A stretch of DNA of 64,000 nucleotides from a virus, in the IMG/VR virus record IMGVR_UViG_3300014613_000001, positions 113,774 to 177,773 of that record. One strand, written 5' to 3'. The first letter of the stretch is position 1, and each line of letters begins with the position of its first letter. The position numbers and the translations under genes are program-made. This document shows positions 9,657 through 19,450 of this stretch, piece by piece. The notes beneath the pieces are model-generated. The model had not been told where the DNA came from, made no database searches, and saw only the letters and a program-made list of their open reading frames with translations.

Positions 9657-12600
9657 ATGGCAGCCATCGCAGAGCTCCCGCAGCCGGGAGTCAAAGTCAT
9701 TCAGGAATACACGGCGTCGGCGCCGACCATTGTGGTACCGACACTGGCCCCGGTCATCGTTGGTGCGTGCTACGAGATCAACGAGCTGACCGATACAGAC
9801 GGGGCACTCAACGCTGAGATCCTCGTGTCGGGTCCCGCTATCGCCACAGCGCCGAACGATGATGCCAGTTATACGGCGATGTCGGCGAAGACTCTGCTGG
9901 TCAGGGTCAGCGGAGGTCCGATCCAGACCTTCACGATGCCGGCGACCGCGTCGCTCACGGCGACTCAGGTTGCGGCGGCCATCAACGGCGCCAGCGTGGC
10001 TCCGGTTGGGTTTGCTGCCTATGTCTACCAGGACGTTGCCTCGGATGATTTTCTCCAGCTGCGGACTACCGCTTCGGGCTCGAATGTCACTCTCACGATC
10101 GTGGGCGGGACACTGCTCGATGCTCCGAACCAACTCGGCTGGGGAAAGGGGTACACCTACTACGGACTCGGGACCTACATCCAAGATCAGGTCTACCTGA
10201 AGCAGGAGTCCTTCCCTGATCCACTGGATATCGGCGACGAGCGCGACATCATCGAGGCCTCTATCCGGGTGTTCGTGGACCTATCTACTGAGAGTCGGGA
10301 GATTCTGCGCACGGAGTCTTTTCTCCGGGGTGACAACTACAACGTCGCCCTCAACTACGGCGTCATGGCCGTGGACGACGGAGACGGGGATCAGACCACG
10401 CCGTACGTGAAGCTCCTCGGCACGGGCGGGGCGATCCCGAACCTCTTGGCAGCCCCCGGGTCAGCGGTCGTCACGAGCACGGTGGTCGACTACACCGCGG
10501 ACCTGCTGGACATCAACAACAAGACCCTGATCCTCCAGCTCAACGGATCCGGCAAGCAGACCGTGGTCTTTCAAGGTGACCCGGTCGTCTCCGAAGCGGT
10601 CGGCGCGCTCATCCCCTACACGGGGACGATCACCATGACCGTCAACGGGGTCACCGGTGTTGCCGTCAGTGTTGTGGCCGCGGGCTCTCTGGCTGCTCTC
10701 GTGACGGCCATCAACACGGATGCGGGTGTCGTTGCACTCGGTGTGGGGTCCATCGCCTTCGCCGCAGATGCCAATGGCAACGCGGGCGCCACACATCTCG
10801 GTCTCCTGGTGGGCGCTAACCCGCTGGCCCCCGTGGACAACAGTGACGTCAAGGTCACGGCCGAGACCGGAGCAGCATTGTTCTTGGCTCCGAGCCTACC
10901 CTACCAGCAGACACTGCAGATCGGTGGAGCCGGACCTCGAGATACAGCGTGGGGCCAGATCAACAACGTCATGGGCGTCACTCTCGGAGCGCTCTCCGCG
11001 ACGAACATGACGCTGACCAGCGCGACCTCGGGCTACGAGTCGAAGATCGAGATCGACTCGTTGAGCACGGCGCTGACTGCTCTCGGTCTGGCGGCTGGTT
11101 CGACCTATGGAGCTCCGTTCGTCACCCGTGTCGGTGACTACTTGTACGGAAACGGGACCTTGGTCGGCATGGTCACAGAGGTTCATGCCGGCGGTGTCTC
11201 GGGCAGACTGAAGTTGGATCGTGAGGTGCTGCTGACTCTCACGGCCAAGTTCTGGTACATCATCTCCAAGAACCTGGACACGGTGGTCTCGACCCAGTGG
11301 GGCGTTAGCGTCCCGATTCCTGATCTTCGCCTCGATACGAACGGGGATGTGCTGATCAAGCACGACTTCCTTCGCGACACCGGAGGTGCCCCTGTCGGGG
11401 TGACTTCGGTGAACGCCTACTGCATGTACAGCGCGCTGCGAACGGACGTGTCTCCTGCCGCAGCCAGCCCGGCGCTTCTCAGCTTCTCGGACTACGACGA
11501 CCTCGAGGCTGCGCTGCCTCCGGTCACCCCGGACAACCCGCTCTCCTACGGGCTCTACGTAGCCATGCAGAACTGTCCCGGGTGCGAGGTCTACGGAACC
11601 GGTGTCTCGGCGATCTCGGCTGACGCACCCTACGGAACCACGGCGGCGTTCTCTTCGGCCCTCGATTTCCTCGAGAGCAAAGAGGTCTATGGTATCGCCT
11701 GCATGACTTCCGAGCCCGACGTCGCCTCGATTCTCTACACTCATGTCGAGGCCATGAGCGAGCCCGATCAAAAGATGGAGCGCATCGGTGTCATCCATCT
11801 GGGCCTGCCGACCAGTGAGTTGAGCACGATCGTCATCTCCGGAAGCGATGGAGATTACGTGGCGGGTCCAGCCTTCGATACGAAGATGGCGTCCCTGTCT
11901 GCTGCTCTGTTGGCAGAGGGTATCGACCCGACCAACATCACGGTCTCGGATGGGGTCTTCCTCGACATCGCCGAAGACGACTACAAGTGGAACATCACAG
12001 GGCCGCTCATCACCGGTACTACGGTGTCGATCAACACGACTTTCGCAGCCGGTGAGAACGACGATGCCTACTACGCGACCGGCACATTCCCGATCACTCT
12101 GGTGAGCGAGACTTTCAGTGTGAGCATCCGTGGGGCAGCCATCACAACCAAGGCCAAGGAAGTGGAGACGGTCTACAACCGTGGTCAGAGCTTCTCCAGC
12201 CGCAGAATCTGGATGGTTCAGTGCGACGAGCTTCGAGCCAGTGTCGACGGAGTGGACTCGGCCATCGAAGGCTTCTACGGATGCGCCGCCAAGGTCGGCA
12301 TGGTTGCCGGCCTGAACCCCGCGCTGCCGATGACCAACAGAAGCATCGCGGTCTTCACCGGGGTCACCGGGACGAAGGATCGATACAAGAACAGCGAGCT
12401 CAACCAGATGGCTGCTGGCGGGGCTGACCTGATCATACAGGATTCGGCTGGCGCTTCTTGCTACTCGCGTATGCAGGTCACCACCAAGCTGACCAGCATC
12501 GCGGAGCGCGAGCAGAGTGTGGTGAAGGCCGTGGACTACTGCGCCAAGTTCTACCGTGCCACTCTGCGGCGCTACATCGGCAGCTACAACATCACCCAGT

Positions 12601-12791
12601 CCTTCCTCGATACCCTGTCGGCTGTCACCGAGGCCCTGAGCCGGTGGTTGGTCGAAGAGGGCAAGGTTGTGGCCGGTGCGAACATGAGCAACCTTCTGCA
12701 GGACAGCGTCCAGACAGACACGGTTCTCGCAGATATCAGTTTGACGATGTTGTACCCGAATAACTATTTGCAAATTACTTTGCTGATATAG
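9657..12791 (+). CDS. Contractile tail sheath protein with large insertion domains
   Basis: 1044 aa; N-terminal PGVKVIQE; C-terminal sheath-like domain (LRRYIGSYNIT...DISLTMLYPNNYLQITL). Confidence 0.85.
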   Translation: MAAIAELPQPGVKVIQEYTASAPTIVVPTLAPVIVGACYEINELTDTDGALNAEILVSGPAIATAPNDDASYTAMSAKTLLVRVSGGPIQTFTMPATASLTATQVAAAINGASVAPVGFAAYVYQDVASDDFLQLRTTASGSNVTLTIVGGTLLDAPNQLGWGKGYTYYGLGTYIQDQVYLKQESFPDPLDIGDERDIIEASIRVFVDLSTESREILRTESFLRGDNYNVALNYGVMAVDDGDGDQTTPYVKLLGTGGAIPNLLAAPGSAVVTSTVVDYTADLLDINNKTLILQLNGSGKQTVVFQGDPVVSEAVGALIPYTGTITMTVNGVTGVAVSVVAAGSLAALVTAINTDAGVVALGVGSIAFAADANGNAGATHLGLLVGANPLAPVDNSDVKVTAETGAALFLAPSLPYQQTLQIGGAGPRDTAWGQINNVMGVTLGALSATNMTLTSATSGYESKIEIDSLSTALTALGLAAGSTYGAPFVTRVGDYLYGNGTLVGMVTEVHAGGVSGRLKLDREVLLTLTAKFWYIISKNLDTVVSTQWGVSVPIPDLRLDTNGDVLIKHDFLRDTGGAPVGVTSVNAYCMYSALRTDVSPAAASPALLSFSDYDDLEAALPPVTPDNPLSYGLYVAMQNCPGCEVYGTGVSAISADAPYGTTAAFSSALDFLESKEVYGIACMTSEPDVASILYTHVEAMSEPDQKMERIGVIHLGLPTSELSTIVISGSDGDYVAGPAFDTKMASLSAALLAEGIDPTNITVSDGVFLDIAEDDYKWNITGPLITGTTVSINTTFAAGENDDAYYATGTFPITLVSETFSVSIRGAAITTKAKEVETVYNRGQSFSSRRIWMVQCDELRASVDGVDSAIEGFYGCAAKVGMVAGLNPALPMTNRSIAVFTGVTGTKDRYKNSELNQMAAGGADLIIQDSAGASCYSRMQVTTKLTSIAEREQSVVKAVDYCAKFYRATLRRYIGSYNITQSFLDTLSAVTEALSRWLVEEGKVVAGANMSNLLQDSVQTDTVLADISLTMLYPNNYLQITLLI

Positions 12792-12795
12792 CTAT

Positions 12796-12824
12796 TGCAA
12801 TACAGTTATCCTGTGTAGTATAAT
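12796..12824 (+). promoter_or_regulatory. Sigma70-like promoter for the HNH gene
   Basis: TTGCAA-18 nt-TATAAT in AT-rich intergenic DNA. Confidence 0.65.
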
Positions 12825-12861
12825 GCTCTTGTAGGCAAATTGTTGTCTGCAGGAGGATTAG

Positions 12862-13785
12862 ATGAAGGGTACCTGCAAAGTTGATGATTGCTCCAATCCT
12901 ATCCGGTATGGCTCGGGTTTCTGCGCCAAGCATCACGCTCAATTCCAAAACAAAATCCTAGATAAAGACGGTTTGCAGCTGCGTCCTCTTCGAAGGACAG
13001 TGCAGCAAGAGACGTGCATTGCTCTTGGATGCTCAGGCAGTCCAATATCAAGGCAATTTTGCAATGCGCACTACAAGCAGTGGCGCAACGGAATTATCGA
13101 CGAGAGTGGAGTGTCGATCCGGGAGGTGCAGGTAAAGCACATACAGATTGGGAGGTGCCTTGTTGCCGATTGCTCTGAAAAACAAAAATCAAGAGGGTTT
13201 TGTCGCAAGCATTACAGCCAGTGGAAGTACGGAATTATTGACGAAACGGGGAACCAGCTTAGGGAGCTAACTCGTGTTGGTACTTACGATGGCGCTTTGT
13301 GTAAGATTGATGGATGCAATGTCAATGCGAAGAGCCGAGGATTTTGTGAACGACATCATCAGCAGTTTCTACGGAGACGTATTGACATCGAGGGTAATGA
13401 GCTTCGAAAAAAGTGGGCTCGTCATCCGAGGAATGGATATAGATATGTTTCTGGAGGTTATGTAAAAATCATGGCTAAGAACCATCCAAACAAGGATAGA
13501 GACGGATATGTCTTTGAACATCGGCTTGTGATGGAAGAGCATCTCGAACGGCACCTTGATCCTACGGAACGGGTACACCACCTCAATGGGCAAAAAGATG
13601 ACAATCGACTTGAGAATCTTCAGTTGATGTCATCCATGCACGATCATCCTCCCTTCCTCGAGCATCTTGATGACATTGATTCTGCTGTGGATGTGCTCGA
13701 TCAACTGATCAACAAAAATGTTACCAATGGACCTGCGATCAAGGCTCGTTTGCAGAAGATAGCCAAGCGCTTGCCTACCAGATAG
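12862..13785 (+). CDS. HNH homing endonuclease with four N-terminal Cys/His Zn-finger repeats
   Basis: [10 protein letters not shown]...[16 protein letters not shown]; 4x C-x4-C-x9/10-C-x2-H; AT-richer than flanking genes. Confidence 0.85.
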   Translation: MKGTCKVDDCSNPIRYGSGFCAKHHAQFQNKILDKDGLQLRPLRRTVQQETCIALGCSGSPISRQFCNAHYKQWRNGIIDESGVSIREVQVKHIQIGRCLVADCSEKQKSRGFCRKHYSQWKYGIIDETGNQLRELTRVGTYDGALCKIDGCNVNAKSRGFCERHHQQFLRRRIDIEGNELRKKWARHPRNGYRYVSGGYVKIMAKNHPNKDRDGYVFEHRLVMEEHLERHLDPTERVHHLNGQKDDNRLENLQLMSSMHDHPPFLEHLDDIDSAVDVLDQLINKNVTNGPAIKARLQKIAKRLPTR

Positions 13786-13825
13786 AATGGAGGTTGTGCT
13801 AGTATACGAGAGGTAGGAGGCCACC

Positions 13826-14563
13826 ATGGCAGGACCGTTTGAGAGCTGGAACCCGATGAACCACTACGTCCAGAACGGGCTGACGGACGGTCGGTTCGTG
13901 GCGGGTGGGCTCACCATGATCGCTGCGGGGCCTCCGCGCCTCAAGCAGCTGGGAGGGGCGTCGGCGATCAGTCTCAGCGAGAATGATCGCGATATTGTCT
14001 ATCCAATCGGCGTCACACAGAACTTCAACCTGCAGCAGAACAAGCAGTTCATGCGGGTCTTCGAGCTTGGCAGCGAGCGTAGCTACTGGATCGGCGGTCG
14101 GGCGACCGGCAGTCTCCAGCTGTCTCGCGTGTACTACCACGGCATGTCTCTGCTTCGGATCCTGTATGCCTACTACCAGGATCTGGTAGGCGATGTGCAG
14201 GTTCCGTGGGTCTTCCCGAACCCTGGTGCCGACAACATGGACAACCCCCATGATGTCATCATCCCACCGGGGTACGAGAATTTGTTCTTGAACCTGGCGT
14301 CCGATCTGTTCAACCAGCCGATTGGGCTGCTGGTCTACATGAGGGACTCGAACCTCAACACGGTTGGCTCGATCTTCCTCGAGGGTGTGGTTATTCCGAA
14401 CCACTCGTTCGCCACAGATGCTCAGGGGACCATCGTTCAGGAGTCGGCCGGACTTCAGTTCGAGCGGATTGTGCCGGTCAACGTCGGCGGCCTGTCGCTG
14501 GTGAGCGGTCTCGTCGATGCTGTCGCCGGGATCGGAGCTGGTGCTGTTGGCCGCGCAGCATAG
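13826..14563 (+). CDS. Tail tube protein
   Basis: 245 aa after the sheath; IGVTQNFNLQQNKQFMRVFELGS pattern typical of contractile-tail tubes. Confidence 0.75.
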   Translation: MAGPFESWNPMNHYVQNGLTDGRFVAGGLTMIAAGPPRLKQLGGASAISLSENDRDIVYPIGVTQNFNLQQNKQFMRVFELGSERSYWIGGRATGSLQLSRVYYHGMSLLRILYAYYQDLVGDVQVPWVFPNPGADNMDNPHDVIIPPGYENLFLNLASDLFNQPIGLLVYMRDSNLNTVGSIFLEGVVIPNHSFATDAQGTIVQESAGLQFERIVPVNVGGLSLVSGLVDAVAGIGAGAVGRAA

Positions 14564-14571
14564 GGGCTGAC

Positions 14572-16266
14572 ATGGATCATCCTGCTACGATGGCGGAGCA
14601 CCTCGAGCTGATGAGCCGCCTCCACTTCCAGAAGCTCGCCTCGACCTCGGCGAGAACTGCTGGTGCCCTCGAGATGGGGGTCTTGCTGGCCCGCTCCCCC
14701 GGACTGTCGAAGGAGGCAGCCCTTGGAGTAGGCGCCGTGAAATCCGTTGTCGGGGCTGCAAAAGCTCTGGTGAAAGCACCCGCGGCCGCAGGTGCTGTGA
14801 AGTCTGTGGCGGGAGTCGCTCCGAAAGCTGTCGGAGCTGTGAAGTCCGTGGCACGGATGCCGGCAAAGACGCTGGCGACTGGACGTCCGGCTATGCCGGT
14901 TATGCCGGCAAAGACTATGAGCTCCGCGGCACCTACTGGAATGACGGGGCCCAGCCCTGCTGTTCGTCCCGCCGTTCGTCCAGCCCCGGCTCCGTCCGCA
15001 GCTGATGCCCATATCCAGACTCTTCGAGACGCTGGCGTATCCGAAGAGCGCATCGCTGCCCTGAGCATGGCCTCTCAAGGTAAGGCCGTTCCACTGTCTG
15101 CAGCACAGTCCAACCAGCTTCGAGGGATGGACGCGGCCGCAATGAAGGGATTCGGGAAGAACAAGATCCCCGCAGGCTCCTCGGCTTACAAGCAGAATCT
15201 TGGCCCCGTTCGTCCCAACGCTCCAGCAACGGTGAACGTAGCTCCTCCCAAAGCTCAACCGGCGAGACCTGTACCTCGGGACACCGTCTCGACTCCTCCT
15301 CAAACCATGGGGAGAGGAGCTCCACAAGCGGGGGCGGTTGCACCCACTCCACCTATGGCAGCCCCCAGTGCTGGGGTCGTAGCTCCTCCGGCTGCGCCAG
15401 CGCCACTTCCGATCAAAGCTCAACCGTCGCGGGTCATGCCTAGAGATACGATCACTACTCCTCCGCCGTCTGCGGTCGGTCCAGCTCCACAGGTTGCTGG
15501 CCCCCAGGCCGGCGCTGTCTCTCCCACTCCTTCGATGGCTACTCCTGGCGCTGGCGCTGTTGTGCCGCCGCCCGCCGCCCCAGTAGCAGCAGCTCCGGCT
15601 TCTGCGGTCATTCCTCCGGCCGCTGCCCCGGCCAACGTGAATATGCCGTCCCAGACTCCCACAATGCTTGGTCGACCAGGCCCAGGCACTGGCGTGGTCA
15701 TTCCTCCAGCCGCAGCGCCAGTGGCCGTAGCTCCTCCAGCTCAGGTAGTGCCGGCAGCGGCTGCTCCCGGGGCGGGGGCGGTAGCTCCTCCAGCTCGAGT
15801 GGTTCCGGCTAACGGGGGAGTTCCATCCCGCGTTGCCCCCGGATCAGCGAAGGCGAACAAGGGTGCGATGCAGAAGTACACTCCCGCGGAGGCGAAGAAG
15901 GTACGCGCTCAACTTCGTAAAGACATAGATGCAGATGTGGCCGCATCTGATCAACGCATGTTTGCCAGGACTGATCGGAACATTGCGGGTACAGCAGCTC
16001 CGGCAGCCCCGGCAGCCCCGGCAGCCCCAGCAGCTCCGAGTGCAGTTGTCCCTGCGGGTGAGGCGGCCGCGAAGCAGCCGTTTGGCAAGCGTGTCAACGC
16101 CATGATGCCCAACTTCGTGAAGTATCCGCTCTATGCTGGTGCTGCTGCTTTGGCGACTGCGCCAATGGCGGTAGGCATGGGGGCTCAAGCCCTCGCTCGG
16201 CCAACAGGACCGTACCAGTACGGGATGGGATCCTACATGCCCGGCAGCGTGGCCCAGCAGATGTAG
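14572..16266 (+). CDS. Pro/Ala-rich low-complexity protein with internal repeats
   Basis: 564 aa; QKLAS and SKEAA motifs; duplicated PRDT(V/I)(S/T)TPP blocks; APAAP repeats. Confidence 0.7.
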   Translation: MDHPATMAEHLELMSRLHFQKLASTSARTAGALEMGVLLARSPGLSKEAALGVGAVKSVVGAAKALVKAPAAAGAVKSVAGVAPKAVGAVKSVARMPAKTLATGRPAMPVMPAKTMSSAAPTGMTGPSPAVRPAVRPAPAPSAADAHIQTLRDAGVSEERIAALSMASQGKAVPLSAAQSNQLRGMDAAAMKGFGKNKIPAGSSAYKQNLGPVRPNAPATVNVAPPKAQPARPVPRDTVSTPPQTMGRGAPQAGAVAPTPPMAAPSAGVVAPPAAPAPLPIKAQPSRVMPRDTITTPPPSAVGPAPQVAGPQAGAVSPTPSMATPGAGAVVPPPAAPVAAAPASAVIPPAAAPANVNMPSQTPTMLGRPGPGTGVVIPPAAAPVAVAPPAQVVPAAAAPGAGAVAPPARVVPANGGVPSRVAPGSAKANKGAMQKYTPAEAKKVRAQLRKDIDADVAASDQRMFARTDRNIAGTAAPAAPAAPAAPAAPSAVVPAGEAAAKQPFGKRVNAMMPNFVKYPLYAGAAALATAPMAVGMGAQALARPTGPYQYGMGSYMPGSVAQQM

Positions 16267-16271
16267 TCCGC

Positions 16272-16748
16272 CTACTTCTTGTACCACTGACCGATATCGT
16301 CGAGACTTTTTAGCTGATCAAGATCGGGGAGTCGGAACTCCGAGGATCGCTGCGTGAATGAGAGCGGCTCAAGACCCTCATCGAGCTCTGAGGGGAGTTC
16401 GTCTTCGTGCCGAGCTACGGGAATGATGGGCTTCGTCCTGGCTCGTGGTCTCGAGGCGTACTCGTCGACCAGGTCTGACACGTCTGCGCCATCTCCGCTG
16501 GCCGCTTGGAGTAGTCTGGTCAGCTCATCCGCGTCCCAGAGGTCTGACTCTTGGAGAGCGAGCTCGGCGAACTCCTCATCCGTCAGACCGAGCGCGTTCT
16601 CCTGTCTCTTCTTTCGCACGATAGGCACTGGACCGCGTATCAGCGTCTCCATGATCTCTTCCTGTGTACGCGGCCTGATGTACTCCATGAGGCCTTCTAG
16701 ATCATCCGGTGGGGTTGGAGAGGTGAGGTAGCTGTCACTCTTCTTCAT
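16272..16748 (-). CDS. Hypothetical acidic protein
   Basis: 158-aa ORF converging on the structural module. Confidence 0.6.
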   Translation of the reverse strand: MKKSDSYLTSPTPPDDLEGLMEYIRPRTQEEIMETLIRGPVPIVRKKRQENALGLTDEEFAELALQESDLWDADELTRLLQAASGDGADVSDLVDEYASRPRARTKPIIPVARHEDELPSELDEGLEPLSFTQRSSEFRLPDLDQLKSLDDIGQWYKK

Positions 16749-16965
16749 CGGGCCGAAGCCTCCAAAACCACTCTACCATGACAGGTGTTTTTTCTGTCTC
16801 TGACATGGTGCGCAGCTTGGCCCGGTGCTGTTCGATAAGCCCTTGGACCAGCTCATCGAGTGTCACGTCGAGATTGTACTGTGCTTTGATCCGTGCTCGC
16901 TCCTTCTCGAGAGTCTGCTCGCACCGGCGGTCGAGTTTGATCGTTACATAGAAGCGCCGAGTCAT
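16735..16965 (-). CDS. Ribbon-helix-helix-like DNA-binding protein
   Basis: N-terminal strand FYVTIKL followed by two helices, second TLDELVQGLIE. Confidence 0.5.
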   Translation of the reverse strand: MTRRFYVTIKLDRRCEQTLEKERARIKAQYNLDVTLDELVQGLIEQHRAKLRTMSETEKTPVMVEWFWRLRPDEEE

Positions 16966-16968
16966 CGT

Positions 16969-17193
16969 CTACTGCTTGGGCGGCCGACCACGCCCGAAGA
17001 AGGTCGGCCCGGGCGGGACCGGCGTGTTCTTCTCATTCTTTATGATGCGTTCCCCCGCGGCGATCAGTGCGTCGGCCAAGTCGAAACACTGTTCGGGCCC
17101 ATGGAGGAAGAGACCGGTGTCGGCATTGCCTTGTGTACCAGAGATCAGAATGACGAGCGCGTTTGTGCCGAAAACCCTGACACGCTGCTTCAT
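16969..17193 (-). CDS. Hypothetical protein
   Basis: 74-aa ORF; first gene of the leftward unit; GGGA upstream. Confidence 0.5.
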   Translation of the reverse strand: MKQRVRVFGTNALVILISGTQGNADTGLFLHGPEQCFDLADALIAAGERIIKNEKNTPVPPGPTFFGRGRPPKQ

Positions 17194-17255
17194 ATTCCCA
17201 CTCCTTCTGCTGCTGCACTTGGACTATAGCACGATTTTGATCTTCGACTACCTGG

Positions 17256-17284
17256 TGCAAACGAATATGATCCGGGGGTATAAG
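17256..17284 (+). promoter_or_regulatory. Putative rightward promoter
   Basis: TGCAAA-17 nt-TATAAG in the divergent intergenic gap. Confidence 0.5.
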
Positions 17285-17318
17285 GGTCTGCGCCCGAGCA
17301 GAATCTAGGAGGTGATAT

Positions 17319-17624
17319 GTGATCGTGATGTGCGTCGCGTGCGGGGCTCAGATTTATCGGTGTACGGTGATCGAGACCAAGGCGTCTGGAGATGTCGTGG
17401 ACGCGTCAGATTTTGTGCCCATTGAGGAAGGAGTTCCACAACCAAAAGAAAATGACGAGATGCTGTGCCCTAAGTGTGATCAACCTTTTATGGGGAGATC
17501 GGGCGACGGCGGGTACGTGCTCAAGCTCGAAGGAGACCTATGGTGGCCCCATCCGCCGACATCCAAGTTGACATCGTCTGATGATCGTGATCAAACTAGA
17601 ACTGTTCTGAAGGAGGAACGATGA
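17319..17624 (+). CDS. Zn-ribbon protein
   Basis: CVAC...CPKC; AGGAGG RBS. Confidence 0.65.
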   Translation: MIVMCVACGAQIYRCTVIETKASGDVVDASDFVPIEEGVPQPKENDEMLCPKCDQPFMGRSGDGGYVLKLEGDLWWPHPPTSKLTSSDDRDQTRTVLKEER

Positions 17625-18283
17625 ACGACAGAAGTGCAGAACTGCGGGAGAAGTTGGAGCGGTCGAGGGGTCGGCTGTCAGCCGTCCGTCACAGTGGGGG
17701 ATCAAAGTCCGAGGAGGAAGAGGAGACGCCGCCGGGAGGGAACGGAAAGTCGACAGAGACCGTATCCGAGCTCATGCCGGAGGTCTCGACGAAGACCGAC
17801 GCGGTGACGCCGGCCAAGCGACGTGGTCCCTCGAAGAAGGATCCGAAACCGAAGAAGGATCCGAAGCCAAAGAAGGATCCGAAGCCAAAGAAGACCGCGG
17901 CTCGGCCTTTGAAAGCCCCGGCGAAGATCAAGAACCCTTCGAGCTCGGACATGACCGTGAAGCGTGAGGTCGAAATCGTCGAGGGCATCTCCGAGTTGGC
18001 GACTCGTCAAGATCGAGATGAGAAGACGGGCCTCACGTCCTTCCAGGTCGAGGTCGTGCGGCTGCTCGAGCAACACGGCGCGATTCACATCCAGAACCTT
18101 CTGCACATGATCTGGACCCCAGCTCAGGTCGCGCAGAAGAAGGGTGAGATCGACTGCATGCGGGTGCTGCGCAACGCAGTCCGTACCCCCGTGTCCACCG
18201 GTATGCTGGCTCGATGCGGGGCTGGCGTCTATCAGTTCGTGGGCTGGGGCACCGTCAAGCGGCGGCACGGTCGACAGAAGTAG
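17621..18283 (+). CDS. Lys/Pro-rich protein with C-terminal winged-helix-like domain
   Basis: KKDPKP x3 (18-bp tandem repeat); C-terminal VVRLLEQHGAIHIQNLL...GAGVYQF. Confidence 0.65.
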   Translation: MNDRSAELREKLERSRGRLSAVRHSGGSKSEEEEETPPGGNGKSTETVSELMPEVSTKTDAVTPAKRRGPSKKDPKPKKDPKPKKDPKPKKTAARPLKAPAKIKNPSSSDMTVKREVEIVEGISELATRQDRDEKTGLTSFQVEVVRLLEQHGAIHIQNLLHMIWTPAQVAQKKGEIDCMRVLRNAVRTPVSTGMLARCGAGVYQFVGWGTVKRRHGRQK

Positions 18284-18305
18284 CGCTGCCTGAACCAGGG
18301 TCGGT

Positions 18306-18323
18306 GGGCCGCTTCGGCGGCCC
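18306..18323 (+). terminator. GC hairpin with UUCG loop after gene end
   Basis: GGGCCGC-TTCG-GCGGCCC; no long U-tract. Confidence 0.45.
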
Positions 18324-18348
18324 CCGGCCTTCTCACCTGGGGTACGAA

Positions 18349-18705
18349 ATGAAGATTGCTAAACTCACAAAAGAAGAGATCGAGCAGATTGCGGTTATTC
18401 TCCAGATACGTGATTCGGTGTGGGGAGAGCTGGCGGGAGAGGTGGCTCGAATCGTCGACCGAAGTAACGAGGCGTATGGACAATCGACCATAAAGAGTGC
18501 GCAGCTTATGGCCATCCTTTGGCCCCACGGGATACCAATCGAGCAGTACCATGACGCTCGGTGCATCATCTCGATCCTGGACAAGATCGCCAGGGTTATA
18601 ACTGACAAGGATGCGTTCGGTGAGAGCCCGTGGCGCGACGTTATCGGATATGCGCTACTTGCTTACTACTACGACCTTCTTCGCAATACAAAGAGGGAAC
18701 GATGA
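18349..18705 (+). CDS. Nucleotide-modification-associated (DUF1599/Nmad1-like) protein
   Basis: AYG...LDKIARV...ESPWRDVIGYALL pattern. Confidence 0.5.
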   Translation: MKIAKLTKEEIEQIAVILQIRDSVWGELAGEVARIVDRSNEAYGQSTIKSAQLMAILWPHGIPIEQYHDARCIISILDKIARVITDKDAFGESPWRDVIGYALLAYYYDLLRNTKRER

Positions 18706-19142
18706 ACGAGTACAAACTCTATATCTGCCAAGAATGTGGTCACGCTATCCTCAGTACCGCTGATGAGCTGACCGCTAGGAGCTCTTGCCCAACGTGTTAT
18801 CCGGACGAGAAATTGGATGTCCGTAAATTCCAGGAAGAGGTCATTGTATGGGCAGACAAGAACTTTAGCGCGCAGCTCGAGTACTGGAAGCCGATGCTCG
18901 GCGTGGTGGAAGAGGTCGGTGAGCTGGCCCACGCTCTGCTCAAGATGGAGCAGGGCATCAGGGGCACAGAAGCAGAGCTCACGGATCAAGCCATGGACGC
19001 GATCGGTGACACGATCGTCTACATGGCTCATCTCTGCGGAAGACGAGGATGGAATCTCGAGGAGATCATCAAGGTGACCTGGGCGCGCGTCAGCAAGCGC
19101 GACTGGAAGAAGGATCCAAAAAGTGGAGGTGAAGAGGCATGA
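18702..19142 (+). CDS. MazG-like NTP pyrophosphohydrolase with N-terminal Zn ribbon
   Basis: VEEVGELAH...DAIGD acidic motif; CQEC...CPTC. Confidence 0.75.
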   Translation: MNEYKLYICQECGHAILSTADELTARSSCPTCYPDEKLDVRKFQEEVIVWADKNFSAQLEYWKPMLGVVEEVGELAHALLKMEQGIRGTEAELTDQAMDAIGDTIVYMAHLCGRRGWNLEEIIKVTWARVSKRDWKKDPKSGGEEA

Positions 19143-19450
19143 TTTTTGGGGTGCGGGTACCGCCGATGTTCGTTCGCGGCGCACCTCCTCGATGGGTGTG
19201 CAACGCGCGAAAGTGGCATGACAAGAGCGATGACGAATGTGCGTGCGTGGGCTGTGTTCACGCTGACAGCCCCGAGCTCGAACTCGGTGACCCGTTCCCT
19301 GTTCACGAAGCGTATCAGGATATTTGCTTGACGCATGTAGGCCTCTACAACCCAGAGGAGAAAGAGAGCACGAGTGGGGAAGAAGAACCCAGTGACGCCG
19401 GAGACGTCCAGCCCGATAGTACCGGAGGAGATGCAGAAGTGGATAGCTGA
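19139..19450 (+). CDS. Cys-rich hypothetical protein
   Basis: ATGA coupling; CACVGC; overlaps next ORF by 77 nt. Confidence 0.45.
   Translation: MIFGVRVPPMFVRGAPPRWVCNARKWHDKSDDECACVGCVHADSPELELGDPFPVHEAYQDICLTHVGLYNPEEKESTSGEEEPSDAGDVQPDSTGGDAEVDS

Noticed and set aside
1280-12773. Long - strand ORFs (1280-2392, 3761-5443, 9318-10184, 10896-12773)
   Set aside because: They are antisense shadows of strongly codon-biased high-GC genes; no RBS or recognisable motifs.
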